64,000 bases of DNA from Gammaproteobacteria bacterium (GTDB taxonomy: Bacteria; Pseudomonadota; Gammaproteobacteria; Eutrophobiales; Eutrophobiaceae). The notes under the pieces are model-generated. The model saw only the letters and a program-made list of their open reading frames with translations, was not told the origin of the DNA and ran no database searches. Below are positions 26,424 to 36,404 of the stretch, in pieces (position 1 is the stretch's first letter; every line of letters begins with the position of its first letter). A program made the translations under genes and the position numbers. The stretch is taken from positions 1,075,493 through 1,139,492 of the forward strand of contig OZ220696.1 of NCBI GenBank assembly GCA_965116495.1, written 5' to 3'.

Positions 26424-28039
26424 AGTCTGTCGGACTTGGGCGCTGCGATTATCTTTGCGGACCACTTTTCAGGTCTTTTTGTCGCGGCAAGGCGCACGTG
26501 CATGTTGCCTGAACCTATACATGTACATTATGGGGATGTACAGACCTCACCAGGCGCCTGTCCTGACCGGGTAAACACCCACTGCCCCCTGCATCAGGCC
26601 AGCTGCATGTTATGCAGGCGTTTACAGTTGTAGGCCAGGGCCAGTAACTGCCACTCACCGGTCACCTTCTCATGGCCGCGCAGGAGAAACTGCCGGAACC
26701 CCAGGGCCTGCTTCATGATACCGAACACCGGCTCCACGGTCTGCTGCCGCAACCGGTAGCTGGCCCGGTTGTCCGCCTGTGATAACTTCTCTTGCATCGC
26801 CACCAGCCAGGGCGCTTTCGCCGGCTTGGGCTTGGCCGCCTGCGCCGGGTCCGGCAACGGGCGGAAGTCATGCCGCCGGCGCCGGTCCTCCGTCCCCACC
26901 GCCACCAGCACGTCTATCTCCCGACCGGTCAGCGCAGCCACTTCTGTCTCCGTCGCATAGCCGTTGTCCGCCAACACCTGGGCAGGGGTCCCCAACGCCG
27001 CCGGCACCGAGTCAATGTCAGCGACCAATTCGTTGCGGTCGCTGGCGCATTGGCTGACCCGCGTCCCCAGCACCAACTGGCTGCCGTCCGCATCCACCAC
27101 CGCCTGCGCATTGTACGCCTGCCGGTACTCACTGCGTTTGTTCTTGCGCATCAGGGAACTGTCCGCATCCGTCAGGTTCACCTGGGTGTCCTCCGCCGGG
27201 GTGTCTTCCGGCGGCTTGATAGGGTGCCCCTTGGCCCGGCCCCGACGCTTCTCACGCGCCGCCACCTTGCGCTCGTACTCGGCCTGGTCCGCCTGCGCTT
27301 GCGCCTTGGCCTGGCGCTCCAGACGTGCGCAGGCCGCATCCAGTTGCGTCGCCAGCGCCTCCCGCCGCGCCAACGCCTTCGGCAACTGCTGCGGGTCCGC
27401 CGCGTCCTGGCTGTCCGCACGCTCCGCTTCGGCCAGCAAATCCTTGACCTCACCCCGCAACTGCTCGCGTAATTCCACCGCCCGGTCATAGCGGATACTG
27501 CGCCGCTTGCTCGCAGCCGCCTTCACCTTCGTCCCGTCCACACTCACCCGGCCCACCGTCAACAACTTCAATTCCTTCGCCAGCAATAACACCTCCACAA
27601 AACCCGCCTGTACCGCCTCAAGGTTCTCCCGCCGGAACTTGCAAATCGTGTCATGGTCCGGGTGCGTGTTCGCCGTCACGTAACGCACCCCGATATCCCG
27701 GTACGTCGCTCGCTCAATCCGGCGCGAGGAAAAAATACCGTTCGCATAACAATAAATCAGCAACGCCAGCATGATACGCGGGTGATACTGTGCCGACCCC
27801 GTGCCCCGGGTGTTCACCACAAACTGACTCAAAGGCACCCGTTCCACCGCTGCCACGACAAAATGCGCCAGGTCATCCTCGGGTAGCCACTCGCGTAAAT
27901 CCGGTGGTAACAGGTAGGGTTGGTTACGGTCACTTTGCACAAAGTTTTCCATCGAAGCAGCCTCTATCGAACAGCGTGTGGTATCATCAAATCGTGTCGT
28001 CTATTATACCTCTATCCCAGCCCTAAGTCCGACAGACTG
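26424..28039 (-). mobile_element. IS1182-family (IS5 superfamily) insertion sequence with ~20-bp imperfect terminal IRs and a CTAG target-site duplication
   Basis: IR-L is CAGTCTGTCGGACTTGGGC; IR-R is GCCCCTAAGTCCGACAGACTG. CTAG occurs at 26420-26423 and 28040-28043. Confidence 0.85.
26594..27952 (-). CDS. IS1182-family DDE transposase
   Basis: 452 aa with an N-terminal HTH region, a central Ala/Arg/Glu-rich coiled coil, and a C-terminal DDE domain (VLADNGYATE...). Confidence 0.85.
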   Translation of the reverse strand: MENFVQSDRNQPYLLPPDLREWLPEDDLAHFVVAAVERVPLSQFVVNTRGTGSAQYHPRIMLALLIYCYANGIFSSRRIERATYRDIGVRYVTANTHPDHDTICKFRRENLEAVQAGFVEVLLLAKELKLLTVGRVSVDGTKVKAAASKRRSIRYDRAVELREQLRGEVKDLLAEAERADSQDAADPQQLPKALARREALATQLDAACARLERQAKAQAQADQAEYERKVAAREKRRGRAKGHPIKPPEDTPAEDTQVNLTDADSSLMRKNKRSEYRQAYNAQAVVDADGSQLVLGTRVSQCASDRNELVADIDSVPAALGTPAQVLADNGYATETEVAALTGREIDVLVAVGTEDRRRRHDFRPLPDPAQAAKPKPAKAPWLVAMQEKLSQADNRASYRLRQQTVEPVFGIMKQALGFRQFLLRGHEKVTGEWQLLALAYNCKRLHNMQLA

Positions 28040-28140
28040 CTAGGTTGGTTTACTGGATTCCAGCGTGCGCCAGAATGACGGTATTATTTATTTTGACTAT
28101 TTTTTTACCTTGGCAATTGTACCCTGATATAGTTTGCAGC

Positions 28141-28899
28141 ATGAGAAAATTATTTTACCTGGCAGTGCTGCTCTGGTTCCCCGGAGCGCATGCACAGTCC
28201 ATGAACGTCGCGGTCGCATCCAACCTGACCCATACGATTAGCGAAATCAGCAAGGTTTTTTTTCTGGATGAGGGAGAAAAGGTCAACCTGACTTTTGGTT
28301 CATCCGGGAATTTTGCCAGGCAGATCGTACAGGGTGCGCCTTACAAGGTCTTTATTTCCGCCGGCAAACAGTACGTGGACTTCATCCGGGACAAGGGCCG
28401 GGAGACAATCGGCTTCAAGGCGCTGGTTCATGGCCGCCTCAGCTTGTATATCCCGGAAACATCGAAACTGGAAAAGCAGGCGACACTGGCCGATGCGCTG
28501 AAGACGATTCAATACGGCGACTTCCGCAGACTGGCTGTCGCCAACCCGGAACATGCACCCTATGGCCAGGCTGCCAGGGAAGCGCTGGTCAATGCAGGTG
28601 TATGGGTTGTTAACCACAAAAAGCTGCTGTTTGGTGAAAATGCAGCGCAGGCAATGCAATTCTGCCTGTCCGGAAGCGTAGACATGTGTATCATTCCCAG
28701 TTCTTTTCTGGTGCTGGAACAATTCTCAGGCAAGGGAGACAATTTCACGATCCCGCTGAAGTGGCACCCTCCCATCACTCAATACGCTGTTTTGCTCGAT
28801 AACAGCGATGAACAGGGCGTGCGCTATTTTAACTACCTGTCGTCCGCGTCCAGTGAAGCCATTTTCAGGAAACACGGCTACATCTTGATTGAGAATTAA
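28141..28899 (+). CDS. modA: Molybdate ABC transporter substrate-binding protein
   Basis: Signal peptide MRKLFYLAVLLWFPGAHA followed by the ModA-like VAVASNL...SSG fold; start 96 bp downstream of the IS end. Confidence 0.85.
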   Translation: MRKLFYLAVLLWFPGAHAQSMNVAVASNLTHTISEISKVFFLDEGEKVNLTFGSSGNFARQIVQGAPYKVFISAGKQYVDFIRDKGRETIGFKALVHGRLSLYIPETSKLEKQATLADALKTIQYGDFRRLAVANPEHAPYGQAAREALVNAGVWVVNHKKLLFGENAAQAMQFCLSGSVDMCIIPSSFLVLEQFSGKGDNFTIPLKWHPPITQYAVLLDNSDEQGVRYFNYLSSASSEAIFRKHGYILIEN

Positions 28900-29056
28900 G
28901 AATTAGGAATTACGAATTACGAATTGGGAATTGGGAATGACTGTACATGGCGGGGTTCTGTTTATCGAGATGGCCGTACCAAATCAGCACCGCTCAGAAC
29001 TTGTGTTAGAGTAACGTGTCCCCAATTCGTAATTCCTAATTCGTAATTCGTAATTC
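28892..29056. repeat. Heptamer array hairpin, locus 2: forward (GAATTAA/GG/CG) units at 28892-28939, inverted units at 29020-29056
   Basis: The array begins inside the modA stop codon and ends 8 bp before the modB ATG. Confidence 0.9.
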
Positions 29057-29064
29057 AAATTTAT

Positions 29065-29736
29065 ATGGACTGGCAAGCCCTAAACGTTTCCCTGCTTCTC
29101 GCCGCGCTGACTGCGCTAATCCTGACACCCATCGGAATCCTGGTCGCACGCAAGCTGGCCTGGTCGCAATTCCCCGGACGCAATTTCGCCCAGGCCCTGG
29201 TTGCGCTGCCATTGATATTGCCGCCGACCGTATTAGGCTTTTACCTGATGATCAGCCTGGGAGAACTGTCACCCATCGGCAGGTTGTATGAGGGAATAGC
29301 GGGTGAGTCCCTGGTATTCTCGTTCGAGGGTATCCTGCTGGCATCGATTATTTTCAATATCCCGTTCGCCGTCCAGCCGGTACAACGCAGTTTCGAGTCA
29401 ATACCGCTCAATGTGCGCGAGGCGGCCTGGTGCAGCGGTCTTTCCGGCTGGCAGACATTCTGGCGCATCGAACTGCCCCTGGCGTGGCCGGGGGTTATCT
29501 CTGCCGCCATCCTGACCATTGCCCATACCCTGGGCGAATTCGGGGTGGTCCTGATGGTGGGCGGTAACCTGGCCGGTGAAACCCGCACCGTCGCCATTGC
29601 CATCTATGATCGCGTCCAGGCTTTCGATAACGCCGGCGCCGCAACCATGTCCGCGGCACTGCTCGTGATTTCGCTTGTCTCCATCACTCTGATCTACTTC
29701 CTGACTGACCGGGCAGGTAACCATGGCCGACGCTGA
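29065..29736 (+). CDS. modB: Molybdate ABC transporter permease
   Basis: 223 aa with 5 TM segments and an EAA-like loop. Confidence 0.85.
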   Translation: MDWQALNVSLLLAALTALILTPIGILVARKLAWSQFPGRNFAQALVALPLILPPTVLGFYLMISLGELSPIGRLYEGIAGESLVFSFEGILLASIIFNIPFAVQPVQRSFESIPLNVREAAWCSGLSGWQTFWRIELPLAWPGVISAAILTIAHTLGEFGVVLMVGGNLAGETRTVAIAIYDRVQAFDNAGAATMSAALLVISLVSITLIYFLTDRAGNHGRR

Positions 29737-30826
29737 TTCCATCCACGTCAGGCTTGAACAGACCGACCCGATCCCGCTGGACGTGTCCCTGACCTGTAAC
29801 ACGGGAGAAATTCTGGTCATCCTGGGTCCGTCCGGCAGCGGCAAAACGACCATACTGAGGGCCATCAGCGGCCTGTACACACCGGAATCGGGTAATGTGC
29901 GCTGTAACGGGGAACAATGGCTGGATACCGCAGCGAATACTAATCTGCCGGTGCAGCAACGGCACATCGGTATGGTGTTCCAGCACTACGCCCTGTTCCC
30001 ACATAAAACGGCAGTGCAGAACATTATGCTACCGTTAGCCGGGACAGGTAATAAACAGCAACGGGCTGTTGCTGAAAACCTGTTACGCACCATGAACATG
30101 GAGGGTCTGGGAAAACGTTACCCGCACCAGTTATCGGGCGGACAGCAACAGCGGGTTGCCCTGGCCCGGGCACTGGCGCGCGACCCCGGGGTATTATTGC
30201 TGGACGAGCCCTTTTCCGCTGTGGACCAGCAGACACGCAGGAAACTGGTACGCGAACTGGTAAGTTTGAGACGGCGCTTCAAACTGCCCATAATTCACGT
30301 TACCCACGACCTGAACGAAGCGCGGCGTATTGCCGACCGGCTGTGCATCATCCACCACGGGAAAACCCTGCAAATTGATACCCCGGACCAGGTCATGAAC
30401 CATCCCGATAACGCCGATATCGCCTCACTGATCGGTCACTATAATATATTCAAAGGCAAAGTCATCGCGCACGATCATGATGCGGAAACAACTCGTATCG
30501 AATGGCATGGCCATACCCTGACAACACGCTATCGCCCCGAGTTCGAACCCCATGTGGAAATAGACTGGGTCATCCCGTCAGACAGCATTATCCTGCACCG
30601 CCGAGACAGGCCGTCCAAGGGAGAACGGGAGAACCCCGTCAAAGGCCGGATCGATGAACTGCTCCCCCTGGGAGAGAACGCCTCGCTCACCATTGCAACC
30701 GAACAGGACCAGTCACTCTACCTGTCAGTGCCGACCCACGTCGCCCGCCGCAACCGCCTGGCCCAAGGTGGTGATGTCACCGTCTCGCTATTGGCCGAGC
30801 GTATTCACCTGATGAAAAAAATATAG
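29723..30826 (+). CDS. modC: Molybdate ABC transporter ATP-binding protein with C-terminal TOBE domain
   Basis: Walker [24 protein letters not shown] signature, C-terminal Mop/TOBE region. Confidence 0.85.
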   Translation: MADADSIHVRLEQTDPIPLDVSLTCNTGEILVILGPSGSGKTTILRAISGLYTPESGNVRCNGEQWLDTAANTNLPVQQRHIGMVFQHYALFPHKTAVQNIMLPLAGTGNKQQRAVAENLLRTMNMEGLGKRYPHQLSGGQQQRVALARALARDPGVLLLDEPFSAVDQQTRRKLVRELVSLRRRFKLPIIHVTHDLNEARRIADRLCIIHHGKTLQIDTPDQVMNHPDNADIASLIGHYNIFKGKVIAHDHDAETTRIEWHGHTLTTRYRPEFEPHVEIDWVIPSDSIILHRRDRPSKGERENPVKGRIDELLPLGENASLTIATEQDQSLYLSVPTHVARRNRLAQGGDVTVSLLAERIHLMKKI

Positions 30827-30831
30827 CGATC

Positions 30832-31533
30832 TCATTTCTCCTCTTGCTCTTCCATTCTAGCCTTTGAAAGTGCAGACGCCAACAGTCCTGCCGGAATAGC
30901 GACTATCCCTAAGCCAATCATTAAAATGAGAAAAGTAAATATTTTTCCTCCCGCTGTTATGGGATAAACATCACCATAACCTACTGTTGTTAAAGTGGTC
31001 ACTGCCCACCATAAGCTATGGATAATACTTTTGAACGCTTCCGGCTGAGCCTCGTTTTCGCAATAATAAATGCCCACAGCTGATAAATATAAGAGCATCA
31101 CAGTTACCACGCCGAAAATAGCAATCTCTTCTTTTGCAATTACAAACGCCCTGGTAAATCTCCGAATAGCCTTGCCGGATCGGAAAAATTTCATAAGCCG
31201 AATAATCCGTAGCCATCGGAGATCAATGCTGAATGACAGGAAAAAGAAAAGATAAAAAGGGATGATCGCTATCAAATCGATGAGTCCATAAATACTCAGT
31301 ACATAACCGAGTTTCCTGTCAGCCACATAAAATCTAAGAAAATATTCAACGGTAAATATGATTACTATGACTACTTCTGTAATATGAAGTAATTTTCTGG
31401 CGCTGGCTCCAAGATCAGGTAACGTTTCTATGGAAAACGTGATAACAGAGAACAAGATCAGTGATTGCATAACCAGATCGAATATACGACCCGCTTGAGT
31501 ATCGTTTCTCTCAACTATCGACTTTATATTCAT
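30832..31533 (-). CDS. Voltage-gated K+ channel (6TM, Kv-like)
   Basis: S4 segment LRWLRIIRLMKFFR and TVGYGD selectivity filter. The gene is ~39% GC against ~57% GC flanks. Confidence 0.85.
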   Translation of the reverse strand: MNIKSIVERNDTQAGRIFDLVMQSLILFSVITFSIETLPDLGASARKLLHITEVVIVIIFTVEYFLRFYVADRKLGYVLSIYGLIDLIAIIPFYLFFFLSFSIDLRWLRIIRLMKFFRSGKAIRRFTRAFVIAKEEIAIFGVVTVMLLYLSAVGIYYCENEAQPEAFKSIIHSLWWAVTTLTTVGYGDVYPITAGGKIFTFLILMIGLGIVAIPAGLLASALSKARMEEQEEK

Positions 31534-31629
31534 AATTGGCTTCTTTTAACTCTTGCCCGCCGTATCCACCTTTGTTAAAGGCACAACAATATTTTTAATA
31601 ACGAGGGGCGGGGCTTAATCAGAGATTCC

Positions 31630-33240
31630 CTAAGTCGTTTTGACGGTCGGCACCGCGGCCAGCAGGTTTTTCGTGTACTCATGCTGCGGGGATGCCAACA
31701 CCCTGCCAGTAGCGCCCTGCTCTACTATCCTGCCACGGTACATTACTGCCACGTCATCGGCAAAGCTGGCAACGACGCTGATATTATGGGTGATGAACAG
31801 GTAGGCCAGTCCCAGTTCCTTCTGCAGGCCTGCCAGCAACTCCAGTATGCGCGCCTGGACCGTTACGTCCAGGGCGCTGGTCGGTTCATCGCATACCAGT
31901 AATTTCGGCCTGACGGCCAGCGCCCGGGCAATGCAGATGCGCTGCCTCTGCCCGCCGGAAAACTCGTGCGGGTAACGGTATTTAAATCCAGGTTCAAGCC
32001 CGACCTGGGTGAGCAGTTCATCGACAACAGCCTGCCTTTCCCCGGTAGTTTTACCGCGCCCGAGGGAGAGCATGCCCTCCTCGATAATATCCTTGACCAT
32101 TATCTGCGGGTTCATGGACGAGAACGGGTCCTGGAATACCACCTGCATGTGCGCGCGCTGCCGGCGCAATTGCGACGGTGACAGGTCGAGCAGGTTGTCA
32201 CCGGCCAGGTAGACCGTCCCCGCTGCAGGTTTCAGCAGTTGCAGGATGCCTTTGCCCAGGGTCGTCTTGCCGGAACCCGATTCGCCCACGACGGCCAGGG
32301 TACGTCCCTGTTTAAGTTCCAGTGATACCCCGTCCACGGCGCGCAGGTAACCGGCAGTACCGCCGAAGAAACCCGTTTGCGTGGGAAATTGCACTTCCAG
32401 CCCGGACACCCTGAGCATCGGCGTGCCTGGTACCGGCGGTTTTTCCATGCGCCTTGCCCGGGCGTCAGGCAGGGAAGCAAGCAGGTTTCTCGAGTAGGGG
32501 TGCTGCGGTTGGTCGAAGAATTGACGGGTTGGACCGGTTTCCACGATCCTGCCTTCGTTCATGACGGCAACCCGGTCCGACACCCGGGACGCCACGGCAA
32601 GGTCATGGGTGATAAACAGCATGGCCATTCCCATATCGCGCTGCAGCTTTTTCAGCAGTTCCAGCATGCGCGCCTGCGTTGTAACGTCCAGTGCGGTAGT
32701 CGGTTCGTCGGCAATGAGCAACTCGGGTTCCCCGGCCAGGGCGATCGCCAGCATGACCCGTTGCTTCATGCCGCCGGAAAACTGGTGCGGGTAGTCATCA
32801 ACGCGCCGTGCGGGTTCCGGAATACCCACCGCTTCCAGTACTTCAATCACCTTCCCCCGGCGCACTTTCCCGCGCAGTCCCCGGTGCTGCTGCAAGCTCT
32901 CCCCTACCTGTACTCCCACCGTCAGTGCCGGGTTGAGGGAGGTCTGCGGTTCCTGGAATATCATGGCGATATGACCGCCGCGGAAAGCGCGTATGCTTGT
33001 TTCAGGCAGCGTGAGAAGATCGGTGCCGTTGAACAATACGGAACCGCTGATCTCGGCCGACTTCGGCAACAGGCGGGTAATACTCAGCGCAGTGACGGAC
33101 TTGCCGCTGCCCGATTCTCCCAGCAAGGCAAGGGTTTCCCCCGCCCGGATGCGAAAGTCCACACCAGCCACTGCCTGTACCGGGTGGCCGTCACCGGCAA
33201 ACCTGACATTCAGGGAATTAACGTCCAACAGCGCTGTCAT
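31630..33240 (-). CDS. yejF: Peptide ABC transporter ATP-binding protein with two fused NBDs (YejF-like)
   Basis: Two Walker A sites ([16 protein letters not shown]) and two LSGG signatures; 536 aa. Confidence 0.85.
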   Translation of the reverse strand: MTALLDVNSLNVRFAGDGHPVQAVAGVDFRIRAGETLALLGESGSGKSVTALSITRLLPKSAEISGSVLFNGTDLLTLPETSIRAFRGGHIAMIFQEPQTSLNPALTVGVQVGESLQQHRGLRGKVRRGKVIEVLEAVGIPEPARRVDDYPHQFSGGMKQRVMLAIALAGEPELLIADEPTTALDVTTQARMLELLKKLQRDMGMAMLFITHDLAVASRVSDRVAVMNEGRIVETGPTRQFFDQPQHPYSRNLLASLPDARARRMEKPPVPGTPMLRVSGLEVQFPTQTGFFGGTAGYLRAVDGVSLELKQGRTLAVVGESGSGKTTLGKGILQLLKPAAGTVYLAGDNLLDLSPSQLRRQRAHMQVVFQDPFSSMNPQIMVKDIIEEGMLSLGRGKTTGERQAVVDELLTQVGLEPGFKYRYPHEFSGGQRQRICIARALAVRPKLLVCDEPTSALDVTVQARILELLAGLQKELGLAYLFITHNISVVASFADDVAVMYRGRIVEQGATGRVLASPQHEYTKNLLAAVPTVKTT

Positions 33241-33260
33241 ATTGAGAATTATGATTATTT

Positions 33261-33426
33261 ATCTGCAAATTACGCAGATTATCGCAGATAAAAATACAAA
33301 TTTATTATTGAAGTTGTCTGGTTCAGATATGGTTAATTTAAACCTGATTTTATCCGGAAGCTGAAAAACAGTTAATCAGTAAATTTTTTTATAATTTAAT
33401 CTGCGATAATCTGCCTAATCTGCGGA
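33261..33426. repeat. CGCAGAT-iteron inverted-repeat element, copy 6, in the divergent yejF / yejA region
   Basis: ATCTGCAAATTACGCAGATTATCGCAGAT ... ATCTGCGATAATCTGCCTAATCTGCGGA. Confidence 0.85.
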
Positions 33427-33432
33427 CAAATA

Positions 33433-35205
33433 ATGAAAATAATCACGTACAAGCTGTGCCTGCTACTGAGTATATCGGTGAGCCTCATCCACGTGGTGGG
33501 TGCCCAGGAATATCCCCGGCCCGGATGGCAGGAGCAAATGTCGCCTCTGGCCAGCCCTGATGCCTACCCAGGCGGGGAATTCTCCTTCTGGTCAGGGCCT
33601 TTCCCGAAGAGTTTCAATTACTACCTGGATAGCACGGTGACATCCAGCCGGCTGTTCAATCTCCTGTTTGAAAAACTGCTTACCGTCAACGGTTTAACCC
33701 TGGAATTCGAACCCAGCCTCGCCGCTTCGTGGTCCGTCTCAAGGGACCGCACCACCTTTGAGTTCAGGCTGGACGACCGGGCCAAGTGGAGCGACGGCGT
33801 TCCCGTCAGCGCCCATGACGTCGCCTGGACCTATGATGCAATCATGGACCCGAAAAACCTGACCGGACCCCACAAGATTGCCTTTGAGCGGTTTTACCGG
33901 CCGGAGGTCATTGACGGGCAGACGGTCCGCTTCAAGGCCAGGGAAGTTCACTGGAAAAACCTGTTGTCGCTGGGAACGTTCCATGTACTTCCCTCCCACG
34001 TATTCAAGGACCTGGATTTCAACAAGATCAACTTCGAGTTCCCTGTCGTGTCGGGTCCGTATTCAGTTGAATCGGTACGGGAAGGCATTACGCTGACGCT
34101 GAAACGCCGCACGCAATGGTGGCAATGGGTCCGGGCAAGCACCCGTGGGATTGCCAATTTCGACAGGCTGAAGTTCCGCTTCTTCACCGAGCGGGAAAAC
34201 GCGTTTGCCGAGTTCAAGACCGGCAACCTGGACTATTACCCGGTTTATACCGCCTCCCGCTGGGCGACGGAAACCACCGGTGCGGCATACGACAACAACT
34301 GGATCATCAAGCAGGAGGTGTATAACTATAACCCCATCGGCTTCCAGGGGTTTGCCATGAACCTGCGGCGGGCCAAGTTTGCCGACCTGCGGGTCCGGCT
34401 TGCCCTCGCCCACCTGCTGGACCGGGAGCGGATGAACCAGGCGATCATGCACGAAGCCTACTTCCTGCACCGGTGTTATTTCGAAGACCTGTACGACGGG
34501 CAGACACCCTGCCGCGGGCCGGAAATACGTTTCGACAAGGATGAAGCGAGACGCCTGCTGGAAGAAGCCGGCTGGATAGTCGATAAGGACACCGGTTTGT
34601 TGGAAAAAGACGGTCAGCCGTTCATCATCCACTTCCTCACCCGCAGTCCGACATCGGATAAATTTCTGGCCATCTACCAGGAAGACCTGAACGATGTCGG
34701 AATACAGCTTAAGATCGTCAGGAAGGACTGGGCCGCCTGGATAAAGGACATGGATGAGTTCAACTTTGACATGACCTGGGCGGCCTGGAGCGCATCCCTG
34801 TTCAAGGATCCGGAATCCCTGTGGCATTCGAAGGAAGCCGACCGTGCCGGCGGGCAGAACATCACCGGTTACAAAAACGCCGAAATCGACGCCATGATTG
34901 ATACGTTGCGGACGGAATTCGACATCCGTAAACGCCATGACATCATACGGCGCATTGACACCATCCTGGCCAATGATATCCCCTATGTCCTGCTCTGGAA
35001 CCTGAATTACCGACGCCTGTTGTACTGGAACAAGTTCGGCACCCCGGAGACCGTGTTAGCGAAGTTCCTGGGGGAAGAAGGCGCTTACCTGTTCTGGTGG
35101 TACGACGAGGATTCAGCCGCCGACCTGGAATACGCGCGCGAGACAGACGAACCCCTGCCCGGACGTGATGAGATTGTCGTGTTCGACGAGATATTTCAGC
35201 AATAA
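33433..35205 (+). CDS. yejA: Peptide ABC transporter substrate-binding protein (SBP family 5, YejA-like)
   Basis: 590 aa with signal peptide and family-5 SBP fold. Confidence 0.8.
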   Translation: MKIITYKLCLLLSISVSLIHVVGAQEYPRPGWQEQMSPLASPDAYPGGEFSFWSGPFPKSFNYYLDSTVTSSRLFNLLFEKLLTVNGLTLEFEPSLAASWSVSRDRTTFEFRLDDRAKWSDGVPVSAHDVAWTYDAIMDPKNLTGPHKIAFERFYRPEVIDGQTVRFKAREVHWKNLLSLGTFHVLPSHVFKDLDFNKINFEFPVVSGPYSVESVREGITLTLKRRTQWWQWVRASTRGIANFDRLKFRFFTERENAFAEFKTGNLDYYPVYTASRWATETTGAAYDNNWIIKQEVYNYNPIGFQGFAMNLRRAKFADLRVRLALAHLLDRERMNQAIMHEAYFLHRCYFEDLYDGQTPCRGPEIRFDKDEARRLLEEAGWIVDKDTGLLEKDGQPFIIHFLTRSPTSDKFLAIYQEDLNDVGIQLKIVRKDWAAWIKDMDEFNFDMTWAAWSASLFKDPESLWHSKEADRAGGQNITGYKNAEIDAMIDTLRTEFDIRKRHDIIRRIDTILANDIPYVLLWNLNYRRLLYWNKFGTPETVLAKFLGEEGAYLFWWYDEDSAADLEYARETDEPLPGRDEIVVFDEIFQQ

Positions 35206-36248
35206 TGGAACGCACCCACTACATCATCCGGCGCCTGCTGCTCGTCATCCCCACATTCATCGGCATTACTTTCGTCTGTTTCGCCCTGTGCCAGTTCATC
35301 CCCGGCGGGCCGGTGGAGCAGGCGATCATGGCGATGCGCGGGATCGGTGATGGATCCGTCGATGCGGCTGCGGCCGCCGGGCCAAGCGGGATCTCTCCGG
35401 AACAGCGCAAGGCCCTGGAACAGCATTTTGGTTTCGACAGGCCGCTCGTGAAGCGTTATTGGAAATGGCTGGTTGCCGACCGCATCGGCATGGCCGTCGA
35501 CTCCTATAAGTACCCGAACAAGACCGTCCTGCAACTGATCATCGAGCGATTTCCGGTCTCGCTGATCTTCGGACTGACCGGCTTCTTCCTGACCTACCTA
35601 ATCTGCATCCCCCTAGGGATAGCCAAGGCCGTCAAAAACGGTTCATGGTTCGATGTAAGCAGCAGTATCCTGGTGTTCATCGGCTACGCCATCCCCGCGT
35701 TCGCCTTCGGCATGCTGCTGAAGATGTTCCTGTCCGGCACCACGGAGGGGCTATGGGATATCTTCCCCGTCAGCGGTTTTACCTCGGAGAATTTCACCGA
35801 ACTGTCAACGGCGGACAAGGCCAGGGACCTGTTCATGCACATGTTCCTGCCGGTCACCTGCTACATGATAGGCAATTTCGCAGTCCTTACCCTGCTCATG
35901 AAGAACAGCCTGCTGGAACAGATCAGCCAGGATTACGTGCGCACGGTGCTGGCCAAGGGCGCCACCTTCAACAGGGCCATCTGGGGCCATGCCTTCCGTA
36001 ATTCCCTGATACCCATTGCGACGGGATTCGGCAGCATCTTTACCCTGATTTTCGCCGGATCGGTGCTGATAGAAAAAGTCTTTGAAATACCCGGCATGGG
36101 CCTGCTGAGCCTGGACGCCATCGTCAGCAGGGATTATATGGTGTTCATGGGCATACTGGCTTTGACTTCCATTCTCGGACTCATCGGCAGGATCTTCTCC
36201 GATGTCTGTTACATGTTCATCGATCCAAGGATACATTTTGATGTCTGA
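35205..36248 (+). CDS. yejB: Peptide ABC transporter permease (YejB-like)
   Basis: N-terminus MERTHYIIRRLLLVIPTFIGITFVCF; BPD permease domain. Confidence 0.85.
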   Translation: MERTHYIIRRLLLVIPTFIGITFVCFALCQFIPGGPVEQAIMAMRGIGDGSVDAAAAAGPSGISPEQRKALEQHFGFDRPLVKRYWKWLVADRIGMAVDSYKYPNKTVLQLIIERFPVSLIFGLTGFFLTYLICIPLGIAKAVKNGSWFDVSSSILVFIGYAIPAFAFGMLLKMFLSGTTEGLWDIFPVSGFTSENFTELSTADKARDLFMHMFLPVTCYMIGNFAVLTLLMKNSLLEQISQDYVRTVLAKGATFNRAIWGHAFRNSLIPIATGFGSIFTLIFAGSVLIEKVFEIPGMGLLSLDAIVSRDYMVFMGILALTSILGLIGRIFSDVCYMFIDPRIHFDV

Positions 36249-36261
36249 TCTCTCAATTCCG

Positions 36262-36296
36262 TCATTCCGGCGAATGCCGGAATCCAGTGAGATACA
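36262..36296. repeat. REP-type palindrome CCGTCATTCCGGCGAATGCCGGAATCCAG
   Basis: Direct reading of the sequence; between yejB and yejE. Confidence 0.85.
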
Positions 36297-36404
36297 GCGT
36301 CGACTGCAGGACGACCCGTTGTTTCACTGGATTCCGGGTCCGGCCCCTGGTTACTACGTGCAGGGGCAGGCCCGGCATGACGAGCAAAGAGGAGGTCCTG
36401 TTCC

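Noticed and set aside
26792-27491. Multiple 60-230 aa ORFs on the plus strand inside the IS element
   Set aside because: They are antisense to the convincing 452-aa DDE transposase and have Arg/Pro-rich low-complexity translations.
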